DNA of 64,000 nt from an uncultured Verrucomicrobiae bacterium (GCA_963813025.1 CAWEXO010000011.1:192001-256000); one strand, 5' to 3'; shown: positions 1 through 12,475, counted from the first letter of the stretch. The notes: generated by a model not told the origin, from the sequence alone. A program made the numbers and translations.

Positions 1-1511
1 CCGGTCGAAAGACAACAGCAAATTGGCGTGACCTATGCCACGGTAAAAAAGCGACCAATCCAATTTGCAATCCGTTCGGTTGGAATACTGGAGCCCGACA
101 GCTCAAAGATCTTTGACTATGTGGCTCGGGTCGACGGTTACGTCCAGGAATTGAAAGTCAATTCACCCGGGCAACAGGTGTCGCCTGGCCGGCCGCTGAT
201 AACGATCTACAGTCCTGACCTCCACAGCACGGAGCAGGAGTTAGTCAATCTTTTGAACGATCGCGAGCGTGCTGGCGCCAGCCGCGGTTCCGACGATCAG
301 TTGATCGATGCCTCCAAGAGGCGACTCAAGCTTTGGAATGTGAGCGATCAGGAGATTGCCGACCTCGAGCGAAGTCGGAAACCGTCAGACCAATTAGTCC
401 TGCGGTCGCCTTTCGACGGTGTCGTCAATGAAGTGATGAGCCGACCCGGAATGAAAGTCAAGGCAGGTGACAAACTTGTCAGCGTCCTTGACCTGTCAAG
501 CCTGTGGGTTTGGGCCGAGTTTTACGAAAACGAGATCGGCTTACTCAAGCCAGGACAGCCGATCGACGTAGCTCTACCGGCCTTTCCAAACCAAACCTTC
601 CAGGGATGGATTGCGGTCATCAATCCGAGTATTGATCCGACGAAACGAACGGCTCGCGTTCGAATCGATCTACCGAACCCGAAGCGTCAGTTGCGGCCTG
701 GCATGTATGCAAACGTCGACGTGAAGATCGATGACGGAGAAGGATTAACGATTCCGGTGCAAGCGGCCCTCCCGACCGGAGAACGGATGCTCGTGTTTCT
801 CGATCGTGGCCAGGGAAAACTTCTGCCTCGCTATGTACAGGTAGGTCGATCTTTTACGACCTTCGATGGCCAACAGGAGGAGAGTTTTTATCAAGTAGTG
901 AGCGGATTGAAAGAAGGCGACCGGATTGTCACCAGCGCTAATTTTCTGATCGATGCGGAATCCCAGGTCCAAGGAGCGCTCAAGGATTTCCAAGGACCGG
1001 AGTCATCCGCGACGCCGGAGGTGCACAGCGAAAAGGTGGTAGATCCAGCAGGCGCCGGTCAGTCAGGAACGAAATTGTTCAGGATCTGCTCGGTTCGTAT
1101 TCCGTCATGCACGCCCGGTTGGCGGCCGATTCGCTGGCCGGGGTACAAGACTCGGCGAGCGCCTTGCTGGTTCAGCTGCGAACCATTCATGGGCAGTTGC
1201 TCGATCTTGCCCCGGATCCTGCCGCTTACGACCGAGTGCTCGATAGTTTGTATGAACTCGTGCAGAAGTTCCATCCCGCAACTCTTGAAGAAGCGAGAAT
1301 CCAATTCGGACAACTCAGCGACAAATTGATCGCGATGCTCAAGGTCGATCCCGATCTGCTCCAGGGATCTTGGAATGTGGTCGAATGCCCGATGTGGAAG
1401 AAATCGCCGGCCCGCTGGATTCAGAGCGGTGCGGAGATCAAGAATCCTTTCCTGGGTAAAACGATGACTGACTGTGGTCAGATTCAAGAGCGGTTGGGCT
1501 CCAGAAACTAA
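1..1511 (+). CDS. cusB: CusB-type RND efflux periplasmic adaptor with C-terminal DUF3347-like domain (5'-truncated by window, one frameshift at ~1040-1075)
   Basis: Frame is open from base 1 (PVERQQQIGVTY...). Adaptor motifs RVDGYVQEL, YSPDL..EQE, LRPGMYA, VTSANFLIDAES. Continues in ORF 1107-1511 with CPM...W...IKNPFLG..M..CG, typical of DUF3347. Lies directly upstream of cusA. Confidence 0.85.
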
Positions 1512-1516
1512 CAGCC

Positions 1517-4500
1517 GTGGCCACGACAACTACTCAGCAAGTTGCTCCGACCTTTATCGAGCGAATCATTTCCGCGAGCGCCCGGAATCCTTTCCTGGTC
1601 GTCGTGTTGGTGATCCTCGGAATTGCCGCCGGAATCTTCGCTTTGTCCCAAACTCCGCTGGATGCCATTCCGGACCTCAGCGATGTGCAGGTGATTGTCT
1701 ATACTGACTGGGAAGGACGTTCGCCCGACCTGGTCGAAGATCAGATCACGTACCCCATCTCGACCAAATTTATCGCGGCACCGAAGGTCAAGTTTGTCCG
1801 CGGTGAATCGATGTTCGGCAAATCGTTCGTCTACGTGATTTTTCAGGACGGCACCGATATTTACTGGGCCCGGTCCCGAGTGATCGAGTACCTGAACTCG
1901 GTCCGCGGTTCCTTGCCGGAGGGTGTGAATCCGGTCATCGGTCCGGATGCCACTGGAGTCGGATGGGTCTACGAGTACGCCCTCGTGGACGAGACCGGCA
2001 AACACGATCTGGCGCAATTGCGATCCCTGCAGGACTGGAATATCCGATACGCCCTTGAATCGGTCGAAGGCGTGGCTGAGGTGGCGCCGGTTGGCGGATT
2101 TGTTAAGCAATATCAAGTCGATCTCGATCCGAACAAGCTTCTGGCCTACAACATCCCAATCGGAGACGTTGCCAATGCGATCCGGATGAGCAACCAGGAC
2201 GTCGGAGGGAAAACCTTCGAGGTATCAACGACGCAGTTTTTTGTCCGTGGTCGCGGCTACATCAAGAATGTGCAGGACTTTGAAGATATCGTCCTCAAAG
2301 TCCAAAATGGGACGCCGGTTTACTTGAAGCAAGTGGGCACTGTTCATCTCGGACCTGATCTGCGGTACGGAGTCGTCGAACTCAACGGGGAAGGAGAGAC
2401 GGTTGGTGGAATCGTCGTCATGCGTTATGGCGAAAACGCTCTGAAGGTCATTGATGGGGTTAAGAGGAAATTTGCGGAGATCAAAAAAGCGCTGCCGGAA
2501 GGTGTGCAGATTGTTCCCGTCTATGATCGCAGCACCCTTATTCACAACGCAATCGATACACTTCGAGAGAAGTTGATCGAAGAAAGCATTGTGGTTGCCC
2601 TGGTATCCATTGTTTTTCTTTGGCATGTCCGGTCCGCTCTTGTTTGCGATCATCACCCTGCCGATTGCCATCATTCTCTCATTCGTTCCGATGCTCTGGT
2701 TGGGACAGACTTCAAACATCATGTCGTTGGGTGGGATCGCCATTGCGATCGGTGCAATGATCGATGCGGCGATCATCATGGTCGAGAATGCTCACAAGGC
2801 ACTGGAGCATTTTCGAATCCAGGATGGGCATGAAGCGCGTGGCCGAGAACGGTTCGAAGTTATCTTGACGGCAGCCAAGAGTGTCGGGCGGCCACTTTTT
2901 TTCTCTCTTCTGGTCATCACCGTTAGTTTCATTCCAGTCTTCTCCCTGGAGGCACAGGAGGGAAGATTATTTCGCCCGTTGGCGTTCACGAAGACCTTTG
3001 CCATGTTTTTCGCTTCCATCCTGGGAGTGATCCTGGTGCCGGTCCTGATGGCGTGGCTCATTCGTGGAAAGATCACACCGGAAACGAAGAACCCGGTTAA
3101 TCGCTTTTTGATTTGGGCCTACCAACCACTGGTTAACTTTGTCCTTCGCTTTCGCTGGTTAACACTTTTCCTGGCTGTGGTGGTGCTCGCTCTGACCTAT
3201 ATTCCCTTCAGCCGGCTCGGGAAAGAGTTCATGCCTCCGTTGAATGAAGGGACCCTCCTGTATATGCCGACGGCAGTTCCCGGGATGTCGATTACCGAAG
3301 CAACCAAAGTCTTGCAGATCCAGGATCGCATTCTTCGGAAGTTCCCTGAGGTAGAGAGCGTTTTTGGTAAAGCCGGACAAGCTGATACGTCTACTGATCC
3401 CGCACCGCTCTCCATGTTCGAGACCGTCCTGCAATTAAAGCCGCCGCAACAGTGGCCTGCAGGAATGACTTGGGAAAAGCTGATTGCCGAAATGAACGAG
3501 GTCAGCAAGACGCCTGGTATGGCCCAGATCTTCTGGATGCCGATTCAAACGCGGACGGAAATGCTGACCACTGGGTTTCGGTCGGTTCTAGGCATCAAGA
3601 TTTTGGCCCGGAGCTCAAAGGTATTCAGGACGTTGCTGTCGCCATCGAAAAAGCGCTCTCAAATTTTCCGAACACTCGAAGTGCCTTTGCTGAGCGGACC
3701 ACAGGAGGTTATTTCCTGGATTTCACCCCGAACCGTCAGGCCGCGGCGCGCTACGGCCTGAGAATCGAAGATGTTAATCAAATCGTTGAGACCGCGATCG
3801 GCGGAAACACGATTGGAACGACCGTCGAAGGTCGGGAGCGTTATCCGATCAGTGTTCGCTATGCCCGCGATTATCCGCGATGATATCAGCCGATTGCAGC
3901 GCGTGCTGGTGGCGACTCCAACCGGAGAGCAGGTGCCGATTTCGTTGCTGGCCGATATTCAGCTATCGAACAGGCGCTCCATCGATTCGGACCGAGAACG
4001 GTCAGCTAGTCGGGTTTGTTTTCGTGGACATCACGAGCACCGACATCAATGGCTACGTCAAAGCAGCGAGCCACAAGATCGATCAGGAAGTTAAGTTTCC
4101 ACCGGGCTATTACATCCAATGGGCCGGCCAATTTCAATACCTGCAAGCGGCCGAGAAGCGCTTATCGATTCTCATTCCGTTTACCTTGCTGATTATCTTT
4201 GTCCTCATCTATTATCAACACTGGCTCAGTAACCAAGACATTCATAGTCTTGCTGTCTGTGCCATTTTCTCTCGTGGGAGCGTTTTGGCTCCTTTATCTT
4301 CTTGGCTATAACATGAGCGTTGCGGTCTGGATCGGACTGATCGCTTTAGCTGGTCTGGATGCGGAGACGGGTGTCGTGATGCTCCTCTACCTCGACCAGG
4401 CCTGGGATAAATATCGCGGGGAGGGAAGAATGAATGGGATGGCGGATTTATACGCGGCGGTTAAGGAAGGCGCGGTTCAACGAATCCGACCCAAGATGAT

Positions 4501-5182
4501 GACGGTCTGCGCAATTTTGTTTGGACTGTTGCCAATCATGTGGTCTCCGGCTTACCAGGCGGGCGCCGATGTGATGAAACGAATCGCTACTCCGATGATC
4601 GGAGGTGTCGTGACTTCCGCAATTCTGAACCTTCTGATTTACCCGGTCATTTATGTTATCTGGCGCAAGCGTCAACTACCGTCCGCCGGTTTGCCATTGG
4701 GCGAAACTCCCGCGACTAACGCCCAGGGATACAGGGGCGGGCTCAGAGGATTAGCACGTTTCTTGATCGTCGGCTTAATCGCAGCAGTCCTGTTTGGTGG
4801 TGGCTATGCTGGGTGGAACTGGTGGAGTTCTCATACGCAGGGAACTTCGCAGATCAAGGGGGTGCCGTTCGCGAGTCGGACGGCTGAGGGGCTGAAGGTT
4901 AATTTATATGGCGATCTTCACAACGGGCCAAGTGCGATTCTAATCGAGTTTAAGGACTTCGGTGGGCAGTCAAAAGACGTTGGCGAGGTGAAGACTGACC
5001 TCGCTATGAACATGACAGGAATGGTTATGCACTCGGGAGGCGACGTCTCAAAAACAAAGCAGCCAGGAGTCTATCAGGCAAAGCTGCAACTGCAAATGTC
5101 AGGCGACTGGGTTGTAAACCTATCCTGGAGAGGCCCGGCTGGCGAGGGACAGGCCGAGATCCCGGTAAGTGTGAAGCAGTGA
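1517..5182 (+). CDS. cusA: CusA/CzcA heavy-metal RND permease with C-terminal TM + YtkA/FixH-like extension; about five single-base frameshifts (~2643, ~3601, ~3876, ~3961, ~4210)
   Basis: Consecutive ORF pieces carry CusA motifs: LDAIPDLSDVQVI, GPDATGVGWVYEY, NIMSLGGIAIAIGAMIDAAI, EFMPPLNEG, DPAPLSMFET, RIRPKMMT, MKRIATPMIGG. Confidence 0.9.
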
Positions 5183-5242
5183 TGGGTTGCGGCGCCTGGG
5201 GAACCGCTATCGACAGAGGTTCTAACTTAGAAATAAATAGGA

Positions 5243-5312
5243 CTCACACGGAGGTCGCAAAGATCGCAAAGATAAAGACAATCACATTTTTCCGATCTCT
5301 GCGATCTTTGTA
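5243..5312. repeat. Periodic 9-mer hairpin repeat (cgcaaagat family)
   Basis: gtcgcaaagatcgcaaagata ... tctgcgatctttgt; related arms occur at 60245-60280 and 60450-60472. Confidence 0.6.
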
Positions 5313-5369
5313 ATACTGATGTTGAACTTCACGCAAGTTCGCGATGATTTTCATACGGCGAGGATTTTT

Positions 5370-5498
5370 CGTCCTCGTCCTCGAGTAAGGCGCACGGCCT
5401 CGTGCGTCACCTCCCGGGATACGGACGGGGCCGTCCGCGCTACGCGAGTGCTCTCACTTCAACTTGGCGGCAGCCGGGTATCTTCGAGGACGAGGACG
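5370..5498. repeat. Inverted repeat element (cgtcctcgtcctcga / tcgaggacgaggacg)
   Basis: Perfect 15-bp inverted arms at 5370-5384 and 5484-5498, enclosing a gccgtccgcgctacgcgagtg motif. Confidence 0.7.
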
Positions 5499-5556
5499 CC
5501 GACGAGACCGAGGACAATGCGGTTGCGGCTAATTAGAGCTCACCCTCAGACTCGAT

Positions 5557-6009
5557 TCAGCCTGACGACTTCTTAGGCGTTTTTGGCTTTCTTGTTCTTG
5601 CGGATTGATCCGGTAGAGATACGCTTTTTGCTTTTGACCGCCGGAGGGATGGCGCAGGACTTTCCGGCGTTTCTTGGTAAATGAATCGAAACGCGTCCGC
5701 GATTGCGGCATTCGCTGCGTCGGTCAATGCGCGCAGAATACCCTCGTCCTGAGTTAACACCCGGCACCCAGCAATGATTTCAGTGTGATGTTGCGAAATG
5801 GCGGCCAGCAGCGACGTCTTTGGCGAATCTGGCGCGATCAGCTTTCGATAAGATTGCTGAATGAGATCATGAACACCGGAGGACAGCAGACTCGCGTTTG
5901 CTGCCGCAAAAAGATCCTTGTAAGCTCTGAGACTCACCCCGGCGATGTCTTGCTGGCGGGCTTTGAAAGCGGTGACGGCCAAGCCGATTTTCGCAATCAG
6001 ATCCGACAT
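5557..6009 (-). CDS. Hypothetical protein with basic Lys/Arg/Ser/Pro-rich C-terminal tail
   Basis: 150-aa ORF filling the gap between repeats; Ala-rich body; no recognised family. Confidence 0.55.
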   Translation of the reverse strand: MSDLIAKIGLAVTAFKARQQDIAGVSLRAYKDLFAAANASLLSSGVHDLIQQSYRKLIAPDSPKTSLLAAISQHHTEIIAGCRVLTQDEGILRALTDAANAAIADAFRFIYQETPESPAPSLRRSKAKSVSLPDQSARTRKPKTPKKSSG

Positions 6010-6259
6010 GTCACCAGAGTTACTACCACGACAGGCAATTGTCAGTCATATTTCGGTGAGCCTGACGCACGAGTCGCAGGGTCTTCCGATTGCGGACGAG
6101 GCCGTTCCGCGCTACGGGTAGCCGCTTCGCCGGAATACGGCGCGGCAAGTTCCGCGCCACTGGAGTGCTTCAGGCGAAGATTGTGGCAGCCCGATATGTT
6201 CGAGGATTTGTTTGCGGCTAGGCTGCGACGTAGTATTCCCTACCTTGTTGGAGGGAAAG

Positions 6260-6694
6260 ATGCCGGCGGAATTTCTCATTGTTGACGGCCATAGCATCAT
6301 CTTTGCCTGGCCGGATCTCCGGGCTCTTCATCAGCAAAGAACTGCTAACGCGCGGGACCGTCTGATCAAACTGCTGACCGATTTCCAGGATTTTACCGGG
6401 GTGCGTGTGGTTCTGGTTTTTGATGGTCAGGGTTCATCGATCAACGAAATGAGCGAGCCAAACGGTATCCAGGTTTTCTATTCCAGCGCAGGTCGAACCG
6501 CTGACGATGTCGTCGAGCGTCTGACCGCGAAGTACTCTCAGATGTATTCGATTACGGTAGCCACGGAGGACTCGCTCGAGCAGCAAACCGCGTTGTCGTT
6601 CGGGGCTCACTGTATTGGTGCGGAGAAGCTCCGAACTTTAATCGACTCAGCGCGCAAAGAACTCGATTCTGATCTGAAGTCGCATCGACGGTAA
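6260..6694 (+). CDS. NYN-domain ribonuclease (YacP/Rae1 family)
   Basis: FLIVDGHSII, VVLVFDG, VFYS..G.TADDVVE, VATED..EQ motifs; GGAGGG SD before the ATG at 6260. Confidence 0.85.
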   Translation: MPAEFLIVDGHSIIFAWPDLRALHQQRTANARDRLIKLLTDFQDFTGVRVVLVFDGQGSSINEMSEPNGIQVFYSSAGRTADDVVERLTAKYSQMYSITVATEDSLEQQTALSFGAHCIGAEKLRTLIDSARKELDSDLKSHRR

Positions 6695-6712
6695 GTCCTC
6701 GACGATCTCCGT

Positions 6713-7714
6713 TCATCCGGTGAAAAGCCGGAGGCCAGGGCTCAATTCTTGATCAAGAACCTGAATCATTTGCGCCGGCGTCTCGAGGGCGGCAAGAATT
6801 CCGCAATTCTCCAAGGTCACCAAGCTGCAATGTCGCGGAATTCTCTGCAGGCGACGACCGAGCTCGATATCCTGACCAATTGCTTTATCGGCCCAAAGCA
6901 GCGTCACCGGCTGGGTTAACCCGGCAAAAATGCGTTCGAGGCAGGGATGGTCCTTGCGCCGAAGCCATTGCAGAACGGCCCGCTGGGCTCCGAACTGTTG
7001 CGCGCTCCTGGTCAGAACATCGATCGTCTCGCGATCGATTCGTTCAGGTTCGGCAAAACCAAAGCGTTTCAGCCAATCTCGGATCTGTCGTTCCGAGGCA
7101 AGGTGCCGGCGATAAAAGCCGTCGTTCCGGAGTGCTAATCTCGCGAAGGTCCGGAGGCGCTGTGGCACATAGTGCTGGAGCAGATCTCGATCGTCGACTG
7201 GCATGAACAGCACGAGCCTCTGCACCAGTTCGGGATGCTGTTCGGCGAGCAGAGCGCTCGCGACCGCCCCCAGCCCGCTGCCCACAATGGCGGCCCTAAC
7301 CTCTCCACACTTCGCTCGCAGACATTCTCCCAGCGATCGGATATGGTCCTCGAGCGAGAGATTCCGTTTTGAGCGCTCCGACTCGCCAAACCCGACCAGA
7401 TCCGGTGCGATCACCTGGAATCGATCGGCGAAGTGCGGGTAAACCTTCGACCATTCATAGGACGATGCACCCAGGTAAACACCGTGCAGGAAGATCAGCG
7501 GATCGCCTTGGCCGGATTCATGGTAAACCATTTGCCCCCGACTGGTGTACAGCATCCTCGTGGCGAAAATCGCAGGCGAAATGCTTTCGGGGATCCTGAT
7601 TTGGGTCCGGGGTTGCTTGGCCAAACGCACAGCGACGACCAGCGCACCGAGCATTCCCGCACCGAGGCCAAGGCTCAAGAGCTTTCGTTTGAGGAAACCG
7701 AGCAATTTGCGCAT
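6713..7714 (-). CDS. Alpha/beta hydrolase fold protein with N-terminal membrane anchor
   Basis: LIFLHG, VIAPDLVGFGES and PVTLLW motifs. Confidence 0.85.
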   Translation of the reverse strand: MRKLLGFLKRKLLSLGLGAGMLGALVVAVRLAKQPRTQIRIPESISPAIFATRMLYTSRGQMVYHESGQGDPLIFLHGVYLGASSYEWSKVYPHFADRFQVIAPDLVGFGESERSKRNLSLEDHIRSLGECLRAKCGEVRAAIVGSGLGAVASALLAEQHPELVQRLVLFMPVDDRDLLQHYVPQRLRTFARLALRNDGFYRRHLASERQIRDWLKRFGFAEPERIDRETIDVLTRSAQQFGAQRAVLQWLRRKDHPCLERIFAGLTQPVTLLWADKAIGQDIELGRRLQRIPRHCSLVTLENCGILAALETPAQMIQVLDQELSPGLRLFTG

Positions 7715-7745
7715 GACTTCCCTGACTCTCTCACCGGACTGCGCG

Positions 7746-8772
7746 CTAGCTGAGCAACACTTTGCCTGAGCCCGGCGTGATCTGCCCGATCACTTTGCCT
7801 CGGGTCAGGCTAACCACTTCATTTTGCTGATGTTTAGCCACCACCAAAACCATTCCGATACCCATATTGAAAACCTGGAACATCTCTTCCGGGACGATGT
7901 TGCCGCCCTTCTGAATAAGCCGAAAAATAGGAGGCACCTTCCAGGAACCGACATTAATCAGTGCGTCACAGGTGCCGGGCAGGATGCGAGGTAAATTATC
8001 GATCAGACCGCCACCAGTGATGTGCGCGGCCCCTTTAACTTTCCCTGGAGGAATCGCCGAAAGGACAGGTTCATAGTTTCGGTGAGTGCGCAGCAACTCA
8101 TCACCGAGCGTTCTTCCCAGGCTTTCGTGCTTTTTTGTCAGATCCAGTCGCATCTGGTTCAACAGAACTTTCCGGGCCAACGAATACCCGTTGGTATGGA
8201 GCCCATTGGAGGGCAGGCCGATCAATGCATCGGAGGGAACGATCCGGGAACCATCAAGCATCCTGCACCGATCAACCAAGCCGACGATGCAGCCCGCCAA
8301 ATCATACTCCCCGGCCGAGTACATGTCGGGCATCTGGGCGGTTTCGCCGCCGATGAGAGCACAGCTGCTCACTTTGCAGGCTTTGGTAAATCCGGAAATC
8401 AGCTGATCGAATACCGCTGGATCGAGGTGCTCGGCGCCGATATAATCGAGGAAGAAAAGCGGCTGCGCACCGATCACAGCGATGTCGTTGATGCAGTGGT
8501 TGACGAGATCCTGCGCGACTGATGTCATGCCTGCCCAAGGCAACCGCTATTTTTAGCTTTGTGCCGACGCCATCGATACTGGCCACGAGGACCGGGTCCT
8601 TGAATCCTCTGAAATCGGCCCGAAACAAGCCGCCAAAGCCACCGGAACGTCCAAGAACCTCCGGACCGAAGGTGGTTTTTACCTTTTCATGTAGCCCTCG
8701 TTTGACCCGATTACCGAGATCGATGTCTACTCCGGCCGCGGCGTAGGCTTTTTTCTGGCCGCTCGGCGTCAT
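7746..8772 (-). CDS. purM: AIR synthetase PurM (frameshift at ~8521)
   Basis: YAAAGVDID, GGFGGLF, SIDGVGTK, DLVNHCIND, LIGGETAQMP, SNGLHTNGYSL, AHITGGG, FNMGIG. Confidence 0.95.
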
Positions 8773-10241
8773 TTTCGACTCGGCAAAAAGTTCAGGATGG
8801 GCCAAGGATTCCGCCAGCTGCCGCGGGCGCGTCTGACGGCGTTCCATGATAAACTTGTCCAGCTCGGTATCGATCGGCACGGGGTAATGGCCGTTGAAAC
8901 AGGCCAGACAGAACTCGTTCTCTGGCAGCCCGGTCGCCCGGACCATCCCGTCTAGATCCAGATAACCGACTGAGTCGACTCCGAGATATTCGCGAATCTC
9001 TTCCTGTGAATAGCTGGTTGGCCAGGAGGTTCTTCGGGTCGGGAAAATCGATGCCGTAATAGCAGGCAAACCGATGCGGAGGACAGCTGATCCGCAAGTG
9101 CACCTCCTTCGCGCCGGCCTCGCGCAAGATTTACAACTTTTGCCCGGGCTGTCGTGCCACGCACGACGGAATCATCGACCACGACTACGCGTTTACCGGC
9201 GACCAGCTCTTTGATGAGGTTCAGTTTCACCCGCACATTAAAATCGCGAATAAGCTGGGTCGGCTGGAGAAAAGTGCGTCCGATGTAGTGGTTCCGCACA
9301 AATGCATGTTCGAAAGGAATCTCCAGTTCCTGGCTGAATCCGAGCGCCGCGTAATTGCCTGAGTCGGGGACAGGCACGACGATGTCTGCTTCCACGGGGT
9401 GCAAGCCGGGCGAGTTCCCGTCCCATCGCCACTCGCACCCGGCTGACGTTCCTGTCGCTGAATCATGGCTGTCCGGGCGAGCGAAATAGACGTATTCAAA
9501 CATGCAGAAAGCTGGGCGCTCTTCCTTGAAGGGCCATTCGGAGCGAATCCCGTTCTCGTCGATGATAACGACTTCGCCCGGCTCGATTTCGCGAATAAAC
9601 TCCGCGTGGATCAGGTCCAAGGCGCAGGTCTCGGAGGCCAGGACATAAGCGCTCCATCCAGTTTGCCCAAGGGCGAGCGGCCGAAAACCAAAAGGGTCGC
9701 GCACTCCGATGATCTCGCTTCTCGCCCATCAACACAAACGAGAAAGCGCCTTCGATCTGCCGCAAAGCAGCCAGAGCACGTCGACTGCGCCGGACTGGGC
9801 GAGCAGGTGCAAGGACTGATCTCACTATCGACGGTGGTCTGGAAAATCGAACCTTTGGACTCCAGGTCCTCCCGCAAGACCGCCGCGTTGATCAGGTTGC
9901 CATTATGCGCAATGGCCAACTGGCCTCGCGCACAATCGACCACCAACGGCTGGGCGTTCTTTAGTGTGCTCGATCCGGTCGTCGAGTAGCGCACATGTCC
10001 GATGGCTCGCGTCACCCTTGAGCTGTTTCAGCTCCTCTCGCCGAAGACCTGGGCGACCAGCCCCATTCCGCGATGAATATTGAACGGGCTGATGCGGCCC
10101 CTCCGCGGTCACGATGCCGGCGCTCTCCTGCCCGCGATGCTGCAGCGCAAAGAGCCCGTAGTAGGTCAGCAACGCGGCGTTTGGATGCCCATAAACGCCG
10201 AAAACGCCGCACTCATGTTTTGGTCTATGCGAATTTTTCAC
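8773..10241 (-). CDS. purF: Amidophosphoribosyltransferase PurF (multiple frameshifts)
   Basis: HECGVFG propeptide/Cys1, [70 protein letters not shown] spread across shifted ORFs. Confidence 0.93.
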
Positions 10242-10244
10242 CGG

Positions 10245-12475
10245 TCAGGGAGTGGCCATCAGACGCGCCAAAGAAAAATACCATGCTTTGGAAGAGTTCC
10301 TCCACACCCCACCTTAGTAGTCGACCCTGCGTCTCGATTTGTAAATCGACTACCCCCGACATCCCCAAGCCGGGAAGCGGCTACACCCAAGGCAGGCACA
10401 GATGGACTGCGCCGCAGTCACGTCCTCGGACAGAAACGCTCACTAGCAGCGCGATTGGCTCTCGTTGAAGAGAACCTGGTCCAGGCGGGCGCTCTCCACC
10501 GAGAGTTCGACAGCCGCGCCGATCCGTCGCAGCGCCGGACAAGCAGCACTCCGCCAACGCAACGGCCAAGCCGCCTTCGGAACAGTCGTGCGCACTGCGG
10601 GCAAGTGCCTCCCGGATCAGATGCCGGACCGCCGCTTGGACAGCCAGTTCCCGCTCATAATCAATCGCGGCGGCCGCCCCTCTTTCCTCCCGTGAACTGT
10701 TTTCAGATATTGCGAGCCGCCCAGTTCGTCACCGATCTCGCCACCAGGAAAATCGCATCGTCCTCTGTCTGGAACCCTTGACGCGTGATCCAGCGTTCTT
10801 CCTCGATCAGCCCCACCATTCCAACCGTCGGCGTCGGATCGACCGGACCATGGGGATTTTCATTGTAGAGGCTGACATTTCCTCCGGTGACCGGTGTGCT
10901 CAAACACCCGGCAAGCCTCCGCCAGTCCTTCGACCGACTCGCGCAACTGCCAGAAATTCTCGGGCCGGTAGGGATTGCCGAAGTTAAGATTGTCCGTCAC
11001 AGCCAGCGGAGTCGCCCCGGAGCAGGCCAGGTTCCGGGCGGCTTCGGCGACCGCGATCCGGGCTCCTTCTCGCGGATCGAGCTTGCAGTAGAGTGCGTTG
11101 CAATCGCTGGTCGCCGCCAAGAATTTGTCTGCCTCACGAACGTAAAACACCGCCGCGTCCGAACCCGGCGCGACGACGGTTCCGGCCCGGACGGTATGAT
11201 CGTATTGCCGGTAAACCCAGTTCTTCGAGGCGATGGTCGGATGCGCCAACAAGTCGGTAAAGGCTTTGCTCCGGATCAGCTTCGGCGGGCCGTGGACTAG
11301 ATCCAGTTCTCCGGGCGCTTGCGGGCGCTGAGCTTCCCGCGTTCGTAAACCGGCGCATCGTCCGCCAGCTTGTCGGCCGGAATTTCGACGACCACCGTGC
11401 CATCATTCAAAACGCGCATGAATCCGTCATCGGTGACTTCTCCGACCATCGCATAGGGCAGATCCCATTTTTCGAAGATCTGCTCGACGAGACCCTCCTC
11501 GCCCCTCGCTTGGACGATGATCAGCATCCGTTCCTGCGATTCGCTCAAGAGAATTTCGTAAGGGCGTCATGCCCGGCTCGCGTTTCGGAACACGAGCGAG
11601 ATCGATCTGGACTCCGGTGCCTCCGCGACTAGCGGTCTCGCAAGTGGAGCAGGTCAGTCCGGCGGCGCCCATATCCTGGATTCCCGCCACAGCAACCGTG
11701 GCCAGAAGCTCCAGGCAGGCCTCCAAAAGAAGTTTGCCTTTGAAGGGATCGCCTACCTGCACCGCCGGCCGATCTGCCTTGATTCCTCGGTCAGATCGCG
11801 CGAGGCAAAGGCCGCTCCGGCCAAACCATCCCGCCCGGTCTCGGCGCCAACATAGAAGACTGGATTGCCAATCCCCTGTGCCGCTCCGCGAGCAATCTGC
11901 TCGTGGCGCAGAACGCCCAGACAAAACACGTTGACTAGCGGATTGCCCTCGTACGATTCGTCAAAATAGATTTCGCCGCCAATGGTCGGGCACGCCGACG
12001 CAGTTGCCGTAATGCGAAATCCCGCTGACGACTCCGCGCAAGAGCCGGCGATTTTGGCGGTGCCGCGCGGACGAATCCCTCGATCGGACCGAAGCGCAAG
12101 CGAATCCAGGAGAAAGACCGGTCGCGCGCCCATGGTAAAAATGTCGCGAATTATTCCGCCCACGCCAGTCGCCGCGCCCTGGAACGGCTCAATCGCGCTG
12201 GGATGATTATGGCTCTCCATTTTGAACGCGACTGCCCAGCCGTCACCGATATCGATCACGCCGGCATTTTCCTCTCCGGCGTTCACCAGCACGCTTGGAC
12301 CGGTAGTCGGGAACTTTTTCAACTCCGACCGGGTATTTTTGTAGGAGCAATGCTCGCTCCACATCACCGAGAAAACACCAAGTTCGGTGAAGTTCGGCTC
12401 GCGTCCGAGAATCCCTTTGATGCGATCGTACTCGTCGCTCGACAGACCGTGCTGACGGATGATTTCAGGGTTCAC
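10245..12475 (-). CDS. purL: FGAM synthase subunit PurL (small type; many frameshifts)
   Basis: [71 protein letters not shown]. 3' end read by eye to TGA at 10245-10247. Confidence 0.92.
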
